From a virus (lineage: Duplodnaviria; Caudoviricetes), in the IMG/VR virus record IMGVR_UViG_3300025401_000648: DNA of 64,000 nucleotides; one strand, written 5' to 3'. This document shows positions 44,478 through 54,599 of the stretch, one piece after another. How positions within the stretch are numbered: position 1 is the first letter of the stretch; the number at the start of each line of letters is the position of its first letter. The notes below the pieces were generated by a model, which did not search any database, was not told the DNA's origin, and worked only from the letters and a program-made list of their open reading frames with translations. A program made the position numbers and the translations under genes.

Positions 44478-46979
44478 ATGGCAAAATTACCTGGATATAG
44501 TAAAATACAACTAAGCTATCTTACCCCTGGTCAGTACTCCTATACAGTGCCTGCGGGAGTCACAACAATGAAGATTACCGCAGTGGGTGGTGGTGGTGGG
44601 GGTGGCGGCTATTTTCAAACGAATCCCTACAGTGCTGGCGGTGGTGGCGGTGGTGGCGGTGTGGCTCATACCAACTGCTACCCAGTGACTCCAGGCGAAG
44701 TCTTGACTATTACAGTGGGCACAGGCGGCAATGGTGGTAGCGGTGGCGGGGGTAACAATGGCGGAGATACCTGTGTGAAAAAAAGCGGCGGCTGCAGCAC
44801 AGTGGCTGGCTTTGGCGGCGGTGGCGGCAACGGCCCCACTGGCGGCGCAGGAGGCCTAAATAATATTTCGTCCAGCTATGGTGGCGGTACTTACTACCAT
44901 AGTGGTTGTTTTCCTGGCGGTTACTGTGCGGGCGGCGGAGGGGGTGGAGCTGGTAACATTGGTGGCGCGGCTACACAGGGTAGTGGTGGCACTGGCGGTA
45001 TTGGCGTATCAATATGTGTAGCTGGTAGTACCCTTACATTTGGCGGCGGAGGAGGTGGAGGCGGCTACACTACCGGTGGGGTTGCTGGTTGCGGTGGCGG
45101 CGGCCGAGGCGCCCAGGCCTATAGTGCTAATGGTAGTAGTGCTGTCAGTTCAGGCGGTGGTGGGGGTGGTGGCGGCCCTGGCTATATTTGTTGCGGACTT
45201 TATCCAGCAGGTATTGGTGGTGCTGGCTACAATGGTGCTGTCTATATCTGTGCTCTAGCTACTCCAACCTGCTGTATATCATTTGCGGAAATCAGCTGTA
45301 CATTCCACGTTCCAGGCTATAGCCCAGGCACCAACGGAGTTAGACGCTTTTACAGTAGCAACAACGATGCCGCTACTTTCACCTATACAGTTCCCGCAGG
45401 TGTTAATAGCTTAAATGTTGTATTAGTTGCTGGTGGGGGTGGTGGGGGCGGCACCAGCGGCAATACCAGTTTTTATCCAGGTGGTGGGGGTGGAGCTGGA
45501 AATAGTAGTCAAATTTGTTCTTATGCTGTTACCCCAGGCGAAGTGCTGACAATTCAAATAGGCGGTGGAGGCTACGGTGGCACTACTGGTAGTGGAGGTA
45601 CAGGTGGAGTGACCAGTATCATCAAATCCAAAGGCGCAGGCCTTTTCTGTCAGCAGGGCGGCGTTGGCGGAAGCGCAGTGTCTGGTTGCTATGCGGGGGG
45701 AGGTGGATCCTTCAGCGCGGGTGGCGCAGGCTACCCTGGCAATGTTGGTGCTGGTGATTCTTCTGGCGGAGGTGGTGGTGGAACGTGGTGTTACCACCCA
45801 GGATGCTGTCATGCTACCCTTCACCCTGGTTGCCCTGGTACTAACAGTAACGGCGGTAATGGTGGCATAGGCAGAATCTACAGCTTGCCTGGACTTACGA
45901 TCTATACTGGTGGTGGCGGCGGCGGGGGTGGTTATCTTTCGGGTGGCGCTGCCAGCAGTGGCTACGGTGCTGGCTGTGGCGGACACTACAATGGAGGAAC
46001 TGGTAATGGCGCATCGGCACGTGTTGGGTCAGGTAGTGGAGGCGGCGGTGGCGCCCCTGGTGTGTGTTGCGGTTGCAGCCAAACTCGTGGGGGTAAAGGT
46101 GGTCAAGGAGGCAGCGGAGCTGTTTATCTCTATGCGGCAGGCAGTGGAGGCTCAAGTCCTGATGTGTATTTTTCCAACTACTATAGAAATGGTGCGCTAG
46201 TGCCCTGTATACCACAAAATTCCAAAATACCTACCAGCGGACAACTTCAAATTTGTGAGTTCTACGGGGCAGAAAATACTTTCGCCTACACATATTATCT
46301 CCCGGCCTGCAGCTATGCCTACAATCTATGTTTACCCTGTGCGGCTTCGTCATCAGGTGCTAATATAGCCTGTACCGTTACCCCAGTTTATGCCAATATC
46401 GTAATATGTGGAGTACTTGGATCCAATATAAACGGGCAGGCTGCACTCAAAATTGGTCCTAGTTCATCTTGGGGTATACCACCTATTGTTAAAATCACAG
46501 TGGGCAGTAAGGGTGTTATCACAGGTCGAGGTGGTAGTTATATTAATGGCGTTCAATCGCCCACTGCGGCCATATGTTTTATCTGTGGCACCAATACCAT
46601 TGTGACCAATAATGGTATCATACAGGGAGGCGCTGGTGGGTCATGTCAAAGCTATGGATTTGCCGCTGGGGCAGGGTATGCCTACGGATTGGGACATTTG
46701 GGAAATAGTGGGCATGGCAATTATAACAGTACCTTGTTCAGTGGTGGAGCTTATCAAATCGTGGATACACGTGGTAAGAAGGGTGGCGGATACTACACAG
46801 GCGGATGCGGTGGTGGTTGGGTAGCTGCCGCCTGTCAAAGTAGTAATACCAATGGTTATGGTGGTAGCGGACAAGCACCTGCCGCGGCATTTTCCTCATC
46901 CAATGGTAAATCGCCCAGTAGCATTACATTTGCGACCAAGGGAGATATTCGTGGTGTCTGTGGTCTAGGCCGTATATAA
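44478..46979 (+). CDS. Gly- and Cys-rich virion/tail-fibre-associated protein
   Basis: Two YTVPAGV..AGGGGGG..VTPGEVLTI Gly-rich domains; ~37 Cys. Confidence 0.72.
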   Translation: MAKLPGYSKIQLSYLTPGQYSYTVPAGVTTMKITAVGGGGGGGGYFQTNPYSAGGGGGGGGVAHTNCYPVTPGEVLTITVGTGGNGGSGGGGNNGGDTCVKKSGGCSTVAGFGGGGGNGPTGGAGGLNNISSSYGGGTYYHSGCFPGGYCAGGGGGGAGNIGGAATQGSGGTGGIGVSICVAGSTLTFGGGGGGGGYTTGGVAGCGGGGRGAQAYSANGSSAVSSGGGGGGGGPGYICCGLYPAGIGGAGYNGAVYICALATPTCCISFAEISCTFHVPGYSPGTNGVRRFYSSNNDAATFTYTVPAGVNSLNVVLVAGGGGGGGTSGNTSFYPGGGGGAGNSSQICSYAVTPGEVLTIQIGGGGYGGTTGSGGTGGVTSIIKSKGAGLFCQQGGVGGSAVSGCYAGGGGSFSAGGAGYPGNVGAGDSSGGGGGGTWCYHPGCCHATLHPGCPGTNSNGGNGGIGRIYSLPGLTIYTGGGGGGGGYLSGGAASSGYGAGCGGHYNGGTGNGASARVGSGSGGGGGAPGVCCGCSQTRGGKGGQGGSGAVYLYAAGSGGSSPDVYFSNYYRNGALVPCIPQNSKIPTSGQLQICEFYGAENTFAYTYYLPACSYAYNLCLPCAASSSGANIACTVTPVYANIVICGVLGSNINGQAALKIGPSSSWGIPPIVKITVGSKGVITGRGGSYINGVQSPTAAICFICGTNTIVTNNGIIQGGAGGSCQSYGFAAGAGYAYGLGHLGNSGHGNYNSTLFSGGAYQIVDTRGKKGGGYYTGGCGGGWVAAACQSSNTNGYGGSGQAPAAAFSSSNGKSPSSITFATKGDIRGVCGLGRI

Positions 46980-47004
46980 ATATACACATATAAAGGTATA
47001 CAAT

Positions 47005-47346
47005 ATGAAATATCAAATCATGCGTTACGATCCAGATAGATTGGTTGCTTTCGTGAAAGTAGCCAGCACATCGTCTAGAATTTTAAATGGCCCTGAAGTG
47101 CCAATCAGTATTGAAAATATACAAAGCACCAGTGACTTTGAAAAAGCCATTTACATTGCCTATGCGGCCACAATCAGTCCTAGATTGAAAAGTAACTTTA
47201 GTCAAGAACTTGAAAATTTTATCACAACGGCCACTAATCAAGTCTTGGACTTTTCCATCCCAATCGTGCCAATTGGCACAGCACAAAGTTCAGGGTCTGA
47301 TGCGCCCACTGACACAGCCAGCACAGCCACAGTACAGGTGTTATAA
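47005..47346 (+). CDS. Hypothetical protein (fibre-cluster accessory)
   Basis: Follows fibre-like genes; coupled to next ORF. Confidence 0.6.
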   Translation: MKYQIMRYDPDRLVAFVKVASTSSRILNGPEVPISIENIQSTSDFEKAIYIAYAATISPRLKSNFSQELENFITTATNQVLDFSIPIVPIGTAQSSGSDAPTDTASTATVQVL

Positions 47347-47903
47347 TGGCAACCAAACGCACATCAAGACAGGTTCTACGTAACGCACAGCTGATCATGA
47401 CAGCCACCTCATTTGAAAATGGTGGCGATTCAGTGACATCTACAATGAACATTACCACCAGCACTCTTGATAAAAGTGTGTATGTTAGACGTCATGTGAT
47501 AACCAAAGGCCATTTTACAGTGAGTTTTCCAGGAACGGACACTCCTAGCGAATCAGGCGGCGCAGGTGATGGTTTGGACAAAGTGTTTCCCAAACAGGAT
47601 TCATATGTGATTTCTAGCTCAACGTTTGTGGTCACTGCTAACGAACCTAACAGTGAATACTACTGTGTGTTTCCCATCTATCCAGGAGATAACATTGGAC
47701 AAGTTACCACTGAGTTATCAGCTGGTGAACAATATGTGGTCAATACTCGTTCGGTGGCCTTTGTCTACGGCGATGATTTTTCAGTAAATGGTGCCCGTGC
47801 CACTGCCAATCCCACAGTCTTGGCCTGCGAACATACCAGTGCTACAATCACAGCCAATACCCTGGCTTGTGAAATACTACAGTTTGGTGTTCCTGCGCTG
47901 TGA
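47346..47903 (+). CDS. Hypothetical protein
   Basis: 185 aa, coupled overlaps. Confidence 0.65.
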   Translation: MATKRTSRQVLRNAQLIMTATSFENGGDSVTSTMNITTSTLDKSVYVRRHVITKGHFTVSFPGTDTPSESGGAGDGLDKVFPKQDSYVISSSTFVVTANEPNSEYYCVFPIYPGDNIGQVTTELSAGEQYVVNTRSVAFVYGDDFSVNGARATANPTVLACEHTSATITANTLACEILQFGVPAL

Positions 47904-48436
47904 AAAACTTTGCTCGATTAACGGGCAAAGTTGATACTAAACCGTTACTTACTGCCTTAGAAAAAAACTCCAATCTTTGGAATATCATAGATCTTAGAAA
48001 AAGAACTCCTATCACACATGATGAAGTGGATGACATCATATTGAGATTTGATGATATTACTAGATATTCGGGAGGGATGGATTGTGTAAATTACTTACCC
48101 TATAAAAAACTCTGTCCTGAACTTGATGATGCGGTGTTAGCAGTCAAACACATGGTTAATGGTGATCAAGTGGGAAGGCTGATAATTACTCGTATCAGTC
48201 CAGGACGAGGTGTCAAACCACACATAGATACTGATCGAGCATCGCAGTATTATCGTCGATACCACCTCTGCCTATATGGTGTAGAAGGCAACACCTTCAC
48301 CGCAGGCGATGAAACTGTGACCATGCGAACTGGGGAAGTTTGGTGGTTTGATAACACTGTCACTCACCACTGTTTGAATACAGGCAGTGAGGATAGAATA
48401 CATCTAATACTTGATGTCAGCGTTTTGCCAGATTAG
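47900..48436 (+). CDS. Aspartyl/asparaginyl beta-hydroxylase-type 2OG-Fe(II) oxygenase
   Basis: PHID (HxD), RYHLCL, GEVWWFDN...H...N...RIHLILD. Confidence 0.8.
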   Translation: MKNFARLTGKVDTKPLLTALEKNSNLWNIIDLRKRTPITHDEVDDIILRFDDITRYSGGMDCVNYLPYKKLCPELDDAVLAVKHMVNGDQVGRLIITRISPGRGVKPHIDTDRASQYYRRYHLCLYGVEGNTFTAGDETVTMRTGEVWWFDNTVTHHCLNTGSEDRIHLILDVSVLPD

Positions 48437-49265
48437 CCATCAACTGCTGTGCGGCATTGCGTTTGATCTGTGGCTGGTTGGGTGCTTCTGTGATACTGCG
48501 CACTTCTTGACCATTAGGTGCTTCTGTGGGCAAGTAACTCCAATCTTGTAGCAGTACTGGATTACCATCCACTTTACGATCCCATTTGCGTTTGAAGTAC
48601 TTGTCTGCTGTCTGTGCTAGATTCAATTGATCCACCATGTTGGCAAACACACTGTCAATGAGAATCAAGATCTCTGCGCCATTTAGAATTTTAATCCAAT
48701 CAAAGATATTGTCAGTGACTTCGGTGATTTCAATTTGCTGTAGCTCAGGATCAATCTCGCTCAAATCAAAATCGTAGCTGACATCGCTGGCACGCTGTTG
48801 ATAGACCATGTAGCGTGGTTGTTTGACCAATTGATCATACAGGGCCTGCTCACGATCATGATTGCGGGTAATACATTGATCCAGTTCCCATTTCTTCTTG
48901 AATGGTACTCCGGCGTTGGCGTACTTGTACTGATCAAACTTCATCATGGCAAACAAGTCTGGATCAGTCTTCTCTGGTACAGAACTCAAATATTGATATA
49001 GATACAAAATGTTATCCCAATCAGTAATGCCTTGTTCTGCCAACAGTTTTAGTGGCGTGTCCAAAAAGAAATAGCCTGTGGTGTCTACAGGCACTGGTAG
49101 CCAGTTGACCCATGGGGCAGTATCTCGAAATGATGGAATGAATGGTTCACAAATGGGCCAATATATTTCATAACCCTGTTTGTGATGTTCCCAAGCAATA
49201 GGCAGGGCGATGACAATGTCACCATAGCCCCTGCTCTGTATGATTCCTAGTTTTTGTTTATCCAT
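48417..49265 (-). CDS. Glycosyltransferase, GT9/GT-B-like
   Basis: RGYGDIVIALP and LILIDSVFANM segments. Confidence 0.55.
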   Translation of the reverse strand: MDKQKLGIIQSRGYGDIVIALPIAWEHHKQGYEIYWPICEPFIPSFRDTAPWVNWLPVPVDTTGYFFLDTPLKLLAEQGITDWDNILYLYQYLSSVPEKTDPDLFAMMKFDQYKYANAGVPFKKKWELDQCITRNHDREQALYDQLVKQPRYMVYQQRASDVSYDFDLSEIDPELQQIEITEVTDNIFDWIKILNGAEILILIDSVFANMVDQLNLAQTADKYFKRKWDRKVDGNPVLLQDWSYLPTEAPNGQEVRSITEAPNQPQIKRNAAQQLMANLAKR

Positions 49266-49407
49266 TTATCTGAGTATAGTTAAGTACGTTGCCACGACCA
49301 TACTGTGCTTCGCCAATCATTTTGGCCTGCATGGCATTGTCAGCTTGTAGACGAACGTGTGCTGTTTGGAGATTATTCAATCTTACCCAAAGTTCAAAAG
49401 TGTACAT
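49258..49407 (-). CDS. 49-aa hypothetical protein (not in ORF track)
   Basis: MYTFELWVRLNN...; promoter and AGGA RBS. Confidence 0.6.
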   Translation of the reverse strand: MYTFELWVRLNNLQTAHVRLQADNAMQAKMIGEAQYGRGNVLNYTQING

Positions 49408-49438
49408 AGTGTGTCCTATCTGTGTGTTGTAAAATTAT

Positions 49439-49467
49439 ATTATACTGCCAAAATCAAAATTTGTCAA
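49439..49467 (-). promoter_or_regulatory. Early-type promoter
   Basis: TTGACA-17-TATAAT. Confidence 0.8.
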
Positions 49468-50241
49468 TTAAAAATAATTTCCATTTTCGTGATTGGCAAA
49501 GAAACTTTCGTTGCGTTCCATGGGCAGATCTCTACGAGTTTCGTAAGCATAGGGTACCCTTAGTCCTTGCGCTATACTGAGTGCCACACTTTGATTTCCC
49601 ACAAACTGATCACAGCCAGCAATGACTTCAGCCAACTCCAACATGTTCTTGGTTGGATAGTAGTCCAAGTTCCAACCTGTGAGTTTTTTGAATTCTTCGT
49701 ACTCTTGGGGCAGTCCCACAAACACAGATTCTTGATCCACACCCTCGTCTCGCCATAGTGTCCACTGTGGGTTACAGCCCGGCGGAGTAAATCCTCGGGG
49801 TGTGCGATTAACCACCACAGGCTTGCCAGGAATTGGTTTGGGATTTGGCACACTTAGCCAAGGACCATAACCAACGTCCAAGTGCATGTCAGGATCTGTG
49901 ATACCAAATGCCAAACAGTATGTGGTCACATAGTTAGCTGGGTGCCCTACGAACAAAGGACGGAATCTATCCAAATTGTGCGTAACAGCGTCAGTCTTTG
50001 GATCAAGGGGACGAAAATCTGTAATATAGGGTTGAGCCAACATAAACTCTCGCATGAACTCAAAATCCTTTTCAGTCATGCGTCCTTGATGGAAAGGATC
50101 TGGAGCATTGCCGTAATAGTGTTGGGCAATCCAATCAACTTGTCCTAGGTGGAGATAAAACTCACCTCCACCAAAATATTTTGTTAAGGCCAGGCCATAT
50201 ACAATATCGCCCAAGGTTCCGCTGTGTTTAAATGTTTTCAT
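49468..50241 (-). CDS. GT9 (ADP-heptose heptosyltransferase-like) glycosyltransferase
   Basis: GTLGDIV and LELAEVIAGCDQFVGNQSVALSIAQGLRVP match the GT9 C-terminal signature. Confidence 0.7.
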   Translation of the reverse strand: MKTFKHSGTLGDIVYGLALTKYFGGGEFYLHLGQVDWIAQHYYGNAPDPFHQGRMTEKDFEFMREFMLAQPYITDFRPLDPKTDAVTHNLDRFRPLFVGHPANYVTTYCLAFGITDPDMHLDVGYGPWLSVPNPKPIPGKPVVVNRTPRGFTPPGCNPQWTLWRDEGVDQESVFVGLPQEYEEFKKLTGWNLDYYPTKNMLELAEVIAGCDQFVGNQSVALSIAQGLRVPYAYETRRDLPMERNESFFANHENGNYF

Positions 50242-50325
50242 AGTGATTAAATTATATAGGTATTTAATAAAAGGATCAACAGCCTAAAAAAAATGTGGCT
50301 AAATATAGGATCAAGGGCCAACTGA

Positions 50326-53310
50326 ATGACTATTTTATCACACAACACCTACGATTCAATACAAACAACTGCTAGTATGGTATTGTCTTCGTACTATGGA
50401 AATGCTATACAATCATCTGTAATCAGCGCAGGTGCTTCAATTAAAACATCAGATTGGACCAAACTTTATAATGATTTGGATGCTTGTCTAACTCACCAAA
50501 CAGGCAATCATGTGGCATTTCCCTGTATCACTACTGGTAGTATTATCCGACAGGTGTTTGTAAACAGCCTAACCAATGTGGCCAGCACTGTATATGCCAA
50601 TCGATCTAATGCCATTAACACTCAGTTGACATCACAGCCTACTACCTCTGTTAGAACCACAACCTGGGGCAGTGATATAGCACACCGAGTTGAATACAGT
50701 TGGAACTCTGTTGGCGATGTGGCACACTTTTTTCAAACTGGTGGATATATAGTTCCAAGTTTGGCCATAGCAGTTAATAATCTAAGTAACACACTTAATA
50801 TCAATTGGTCGCAGTTGATTACCAGTACCTACAATGACTTTAATTTTCAAAATTATATCTTTGATTTGGCCACGTATCTTAATCCCCCAGCGGCCTACGT
50901 AAACAACAATATCAATATAGGCACTATCACTGTAACCTATACATTTACCACACCAACAACATTGGTAGCTTCAATAGTATTTCATCCGGAAGGGGACTAT
51001 CTATCAATATTGGTATTACCCACCGCAGGGTTCACTACCTACAAATCCAGTGGAGCTGTATACGCTCCGGCAACCAGTGTTCAATTAATTGAGACATTGG
51101 ATGTGGGTGGTGCCTCACTGTATCCTTCTTTATATTTCCATCCAATCGCAGCCAATACTGTAAACCAATTGAGCACCGGCACAGTGTCTGTTCTAGTTAC
51201 CAACAGCGGCACTGGATACTGTTCAATCAGTAATCTATTGTTTACACCAGATCCCGCAAGCAATTTTACCACATACCATATCAGTATCAGCACAGCCACC
51301 ATACAGGCAGGGGCATCTGCCACTTTGACTCTACAGTATGGTACTACCAATTCTGCGCAAGGCACGTACAACAACAATTCTATCACAGTAGTCAGCAACA
51401 ATGTTAATGGAAATGCCAGTGCCACATTCCAAAGCATAGTTACATTTCCCATCTTTGCTGTCAATATCAGTCCAGCTACATTGACTAGTACCTTGACCAC
51501 TAGTAATGCTGTGATACAAAATTTTGCCTTCAGCGCCGGAGCATCTGGTGTTGTCCAAAGTATCACTGCTAGTTTGACCACAAACACAAACTTTGGTCTG
51601 TACCTTAGTCAGCCTATGGATACCCCAGAAATCATATATGTAGAAAGTTTTGGTGGATTTTTTGGTGGGTCGGATTTTGTTATCAATGTCATACCTTCAA
51701 AACATTTTCCTGGCAGCATCAGCACAGTGTTTACACCACCACTGCCAGCCATAAACTATTCAAATACAGCCAGTACTGTGCCACCACCCACATCCATCAC
51801 TGGTAACTACCCTACACAATTACTGGCCACATTCAATCCGGTGGACAATAGACAAACTCCTGTATTTGTTTCAATACCAATAGATTATACGTTGAACATA
51901 CAAAATCAACATCTGGGTAGTTGGTTGAGTCCTCGAGACTATACCAATGCCATAGCAGGGTTCAGTTATGATGTTATAGAAGGTCAAAAATATCTAACCA
52001 TAGGGTTTGGCATGGGTGGTGATGGTAGTCCTGAATTATACAATAGTGGTACAGCCTTTGTATCTGCTAGTACATTAGGAATTGGTGCTGATGTCAAGCC
52101 TGGAGCAGGTATTGCTCTTTATCCTTCTACAACTGGCACAAACTATGGTTCATTTTTACAGACATACGGTGCTTGGATCACACCTAATGGTGGTAATGGA
52201 TACAACACAGATCTAATTGTGGATTATGAATTTTTTGTTCCGACTAGTGGGACTTATAATTTTGAGTTCAGTGCTGACGCGACTGGACAATTATCTATCA
52301 ATGGAGTGTTGGTAGCCGATTGGTCAGATCCTACTAGTTCGATTACTGGATATACTAATCTAGTAGCAGGCATAAACACAGCCACTATTATATCTAATGC
52401 CTATGCCAATACCAATAATCAATCATTATACGCAAGTGGTGGAGCATTAAGTAGTAGTACTGTGGTCTATATTGGGCCCGTTTACGAAACAAAAAATAAT
52501 ACCACAACTATTATCTCAGGAACTTCTAGTAGCGGACTCGGTAGTTTTGGCGTAACAATCAGTGATTTTGGCGGTACAGTGTGGTGGAGCACACTAACGC
52601 CACAACGTCCTGCCCTTCAGCCAGCCTATGAGTTTTGGGGAGAAGTTTACAGAATTCCAATTTCAGGAGATGCTCGCACATACAACAGTGGTGATTATCC
52701 TGTTAAACTAACAGACTTTGCTGGTGGAAGAACCTATGGTAGTTTTTGTGGCACGGGTACTAATGCTGGTTCTGCGTTTACAATTATTGATGATGGCAAC
52801 GGTAATTTGAATGTAACATTCAATCCCTGGCCGGCAACAGCTTCAACAGGATTTTCAGCAGTTGATATAACATTATCCCTATTCCAATATCTACCATACT
52901 ATTATGAAAATATTCTAGCACGTATTTTAAATTTAGAAGCTCCGTTTGATAATGCTCAATACACACATTATTTTACGGGATTTGGCAATGATGGTGCTGT
53001 AAGAACCAGTACAGTGCCGTTTCCAAATCCCATAGTAATAAATGGTGTTCTAGCTGTGGCAGGGGTAGGTGGCACACAACATCTATCATTTTTACAAACT
53101 GCTGTACAAGACTTGATTCAGGTAGGTACTATTGCCTTAGAAGTAGGCGGCGCCGCTGTGGGAATCACAGCATTGGCAATCGCAGCCGGACTTACTGACG
53201 CTATTGGAGCCACGGTAGGCATTGCAGCCGTCACTGGTGGTTCTATCGCAGGTGGTATTGTAGGAGCCGCTACAACTGTTATTGAAGTACTATCATTCTG
53301 TGGCTTTTAA
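50326..53310 (+). CDS. Large virion/tail protein with PA14-like module and hydrophobic C-terminus
   Basis: T/S/N-rich; FVPTSGTYNFEFSAD..G.LSING..V; Ala/Gly/Val/Ile C-terminal helices. Confidence 0.65.
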   Translation: MTILSHNTYDSIQTTASMVLSSYYGNAIQSSVISAGASIKTSDWTKLYNDLDACLTHQTGNHVAFPCITTGSIIRQVFVNSLTNVASTVYANRSNAINTQLTSQPTTSVRTTTWGSDIAHRVEYSWNSVGDVAHFFQTGGYIVPSLAIAVNNLSNTLNINWSQLITSTYNDFNFQNYIFDLATYLNPPAAYVNNNINIGTITVTYTFTTPTTLVASIVFHPEGDYLSILVLPTAGFTTYKSSGAVYAPATSVQLIETLDVGGASLYPSLYFHPIAANTVNQLSTGTVSVLVTNSGTGYCSISNLLFTPDPASNFTTYHISISTATIQAGASATLTLQYGTTNSAQGTYNNNSITVVSNNVNGNASATFQSIVTFPIFAVNISPATLTSTLTTSNAVIQNFAFSAGASGVVQSITASLTTNTNFGLYLSQPMDTPEIIYVESFGGFFGGSDFVINVIPSKHFPGSISTVFTPPLPAINYSNTASTVPPPTSITGNYPTQLLATFNPVDNRQTPVFVSIPIDYTLNIQNQHLGSWLSPRDYTNAIAGFSYDVIEGQKYLTIGFGMGGDGSPELYNSGTAFVSASTLGIGADVKPGAGIALYPSTTGTNYGSFLQTYGAWITPNGGNGYNTDLIVDYEFFVPTSGTYNFEFSADATGQLSINGVLVADWSDPTSSITGYTNLVAGINTATIISNAYANTNNQSLYASGGALSSSTVVYIGPVYETKNNTTTIISGTSSSGLGSFGVTISDFGGTVWWSTLTPQRPALQPAYEFWGEVYRIPISGDARTYNSGDYPVKLTDFAGGRTYGSFCGTGTNAGSAFTIIDDGNGNLNVTFNPWPATASTGFSAVDITLSLFQYLPYYYENILARILNLEAPFDNAQYTHYFTGFGNDGAVRTSTVPFPNPIVINGVLAVAGVGGTQHLSFLQTAVQDLIQVGTIALEVGGAAVGITALAIAAGLTDAIGATVGIAAVTGGSIAGGIVGAATTVIEVLSFCGF

Positions 53311-53410
53311 ACAACAAAACCCCAAAAACCCTTGACTTTGCCCTAATTTCACCGTAAACTAACGGTTGATTGTATAACTATTCTTACCGCGTAAACGAAA
53401 AGGAGGTCTT

Positions 53411-53989
53411 ATGACTGATATTGCGAACAAGCGAGGAATGGACAAGGTTGAGATACCACGTTCGATTCTCACATTTATTAATCTGATGTTCATGAGTATA
53501 TTGCTATGGGGATCAGTTACTCTACTACAATGGGCATGTGATACTAAATTTGCCCATGCCAAGGCAGTAGAAACCAGCGACATTACCGCTGAATTTAGAG
53601 AACACCAATTAGGATGTTTAGCTAAAAATATATATTATGAAGCAGGCAGTGAACCATTTGAAGGCAAAGTGGCAGTAGCACAAGTTACCTTGAACCGTGT
53701 AAACAGCGGGCAGTTTCCCAATGATGTATGTAAGACTATATACCAAAAAAGTGTAGTCTATGAAAAAGTTATTTGTCAATTTAGTTGGGCCTGTGATAGG
53801 GCAGTTAAATTTAATCCTATTAACAAAAACAACTACGATGAAAGCATGATTGCGGCACAAAAAGTCTTGTTAGAAGACTACAGGCTACCAAGCCTACATG
53901 ACGCACTTTACTATCATGCGGACTATATTAATCCGCATTGGGGTAAGGAAAAAGTAGCAAAAATTGGTCATCATATCTTTTACAAATAA
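53411..53989 (+). CDS. SleB-like cell-wall hydrolase
   Basis: CLAKNIYYEA..E...GKVAVAQVTLNRV..FP..VC..IYQ..QFSW, IGHHIFYK; N-terminal TM. Confidence 0.9.
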   Translation: MTDIANKRGMDKVEIPRSILTFINLMFMSILLWGSVTLLQWACDTKFAHAKAVETSDITAEFREHQLGCLAKNIYYEAGSEPFEGKVAVAQVTLNRVNSGQFPNDVCKTIYQKSVVYEKVICQFSWACDRAVKFNPINKNNYDESMIAAQKVLLEDYRLPSLHDALYYHADYINPHWGKEKVAKIGHHIFYK

Positions 53990-54000
53990 GGAACTTTAAC

Positions 54001-54333
54001 ATGAGTAAACTCAACAGTATTTTTAATCTTTTCCAAGCTGGTATCTATGCTGTATACCATTTTGTTAAAAACCATTTGGTCAATGTGTCAGCACACGCAC
54101 TAGGTTGGATTGTGATTTTGATGTTACATTTTGCCAGTGTGCCCACATTCCTAAGCATATTAGCGGCCAAGACAGATGTGCTTCCGCCAATTGACATCAT
54201 GATCTTCATCTGGGCCGCATTGAGCACATTGTTTATCAAGGCGTTACTGGAAAAAGATCGTTTGTACATTGCCACTATCTGTGCTGGGTTTATTGCTCAA
54301 ACTGTTATGATGGGACTTATCATTTTTAAGTAA
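54001..54333 (+). CDS. Small polytopic membrane protein (holin candidate)
   Basis: Three hydrophobic segments directly after muralytic enzyme. Confidence 0.5.
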   Translation: MSKLNSIFNLFQAGIYAVYHFVKNHLVNVSAHALGWIVILMLHFASVPTFLSILAAKTDVLPPIDIMIFIWAALSTLFIKALLEKDRLYIATICAGFIAQTVMMGLIIFK

Positions 54334-54344
54334 CTAAATACTTG

Positions 54345-54599
54345 ATGCGAATAAATGAACTATTAGAAAAGAAACTGCCTGCCCCCACACAAAGTCAATG
54401 CGATGTGAGGGCAAGTAGACTTTCCAATGTAAGGTATGCCCAATGTGTTGGTATGGGTATGCGAGCTCACGACACAGATCATACAGATGGTACTGGTCGC
54501 CAAGGCGTCAAAGGCAGTGGCCGCAGTCAAAACGGACGCAAGATTAAAAGCAAAAAGTATGGTGGCCCTAATACATATTGGCCCGGCAGTAGAAAATGA
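54345..54599 (+). CDS. Basic hypothetical protein
   Basis: TAAATA (54335-54340) 4 nt before ATG. Confidence 0.6.
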   Translation: MRINELLEKKLPAPTQSQCDVRASRLSNVRYAQCVGMGMRAHDTDHTDGTGRQGVKGSGRSQNGRKIKSKKYGGPNTYWPGSRK

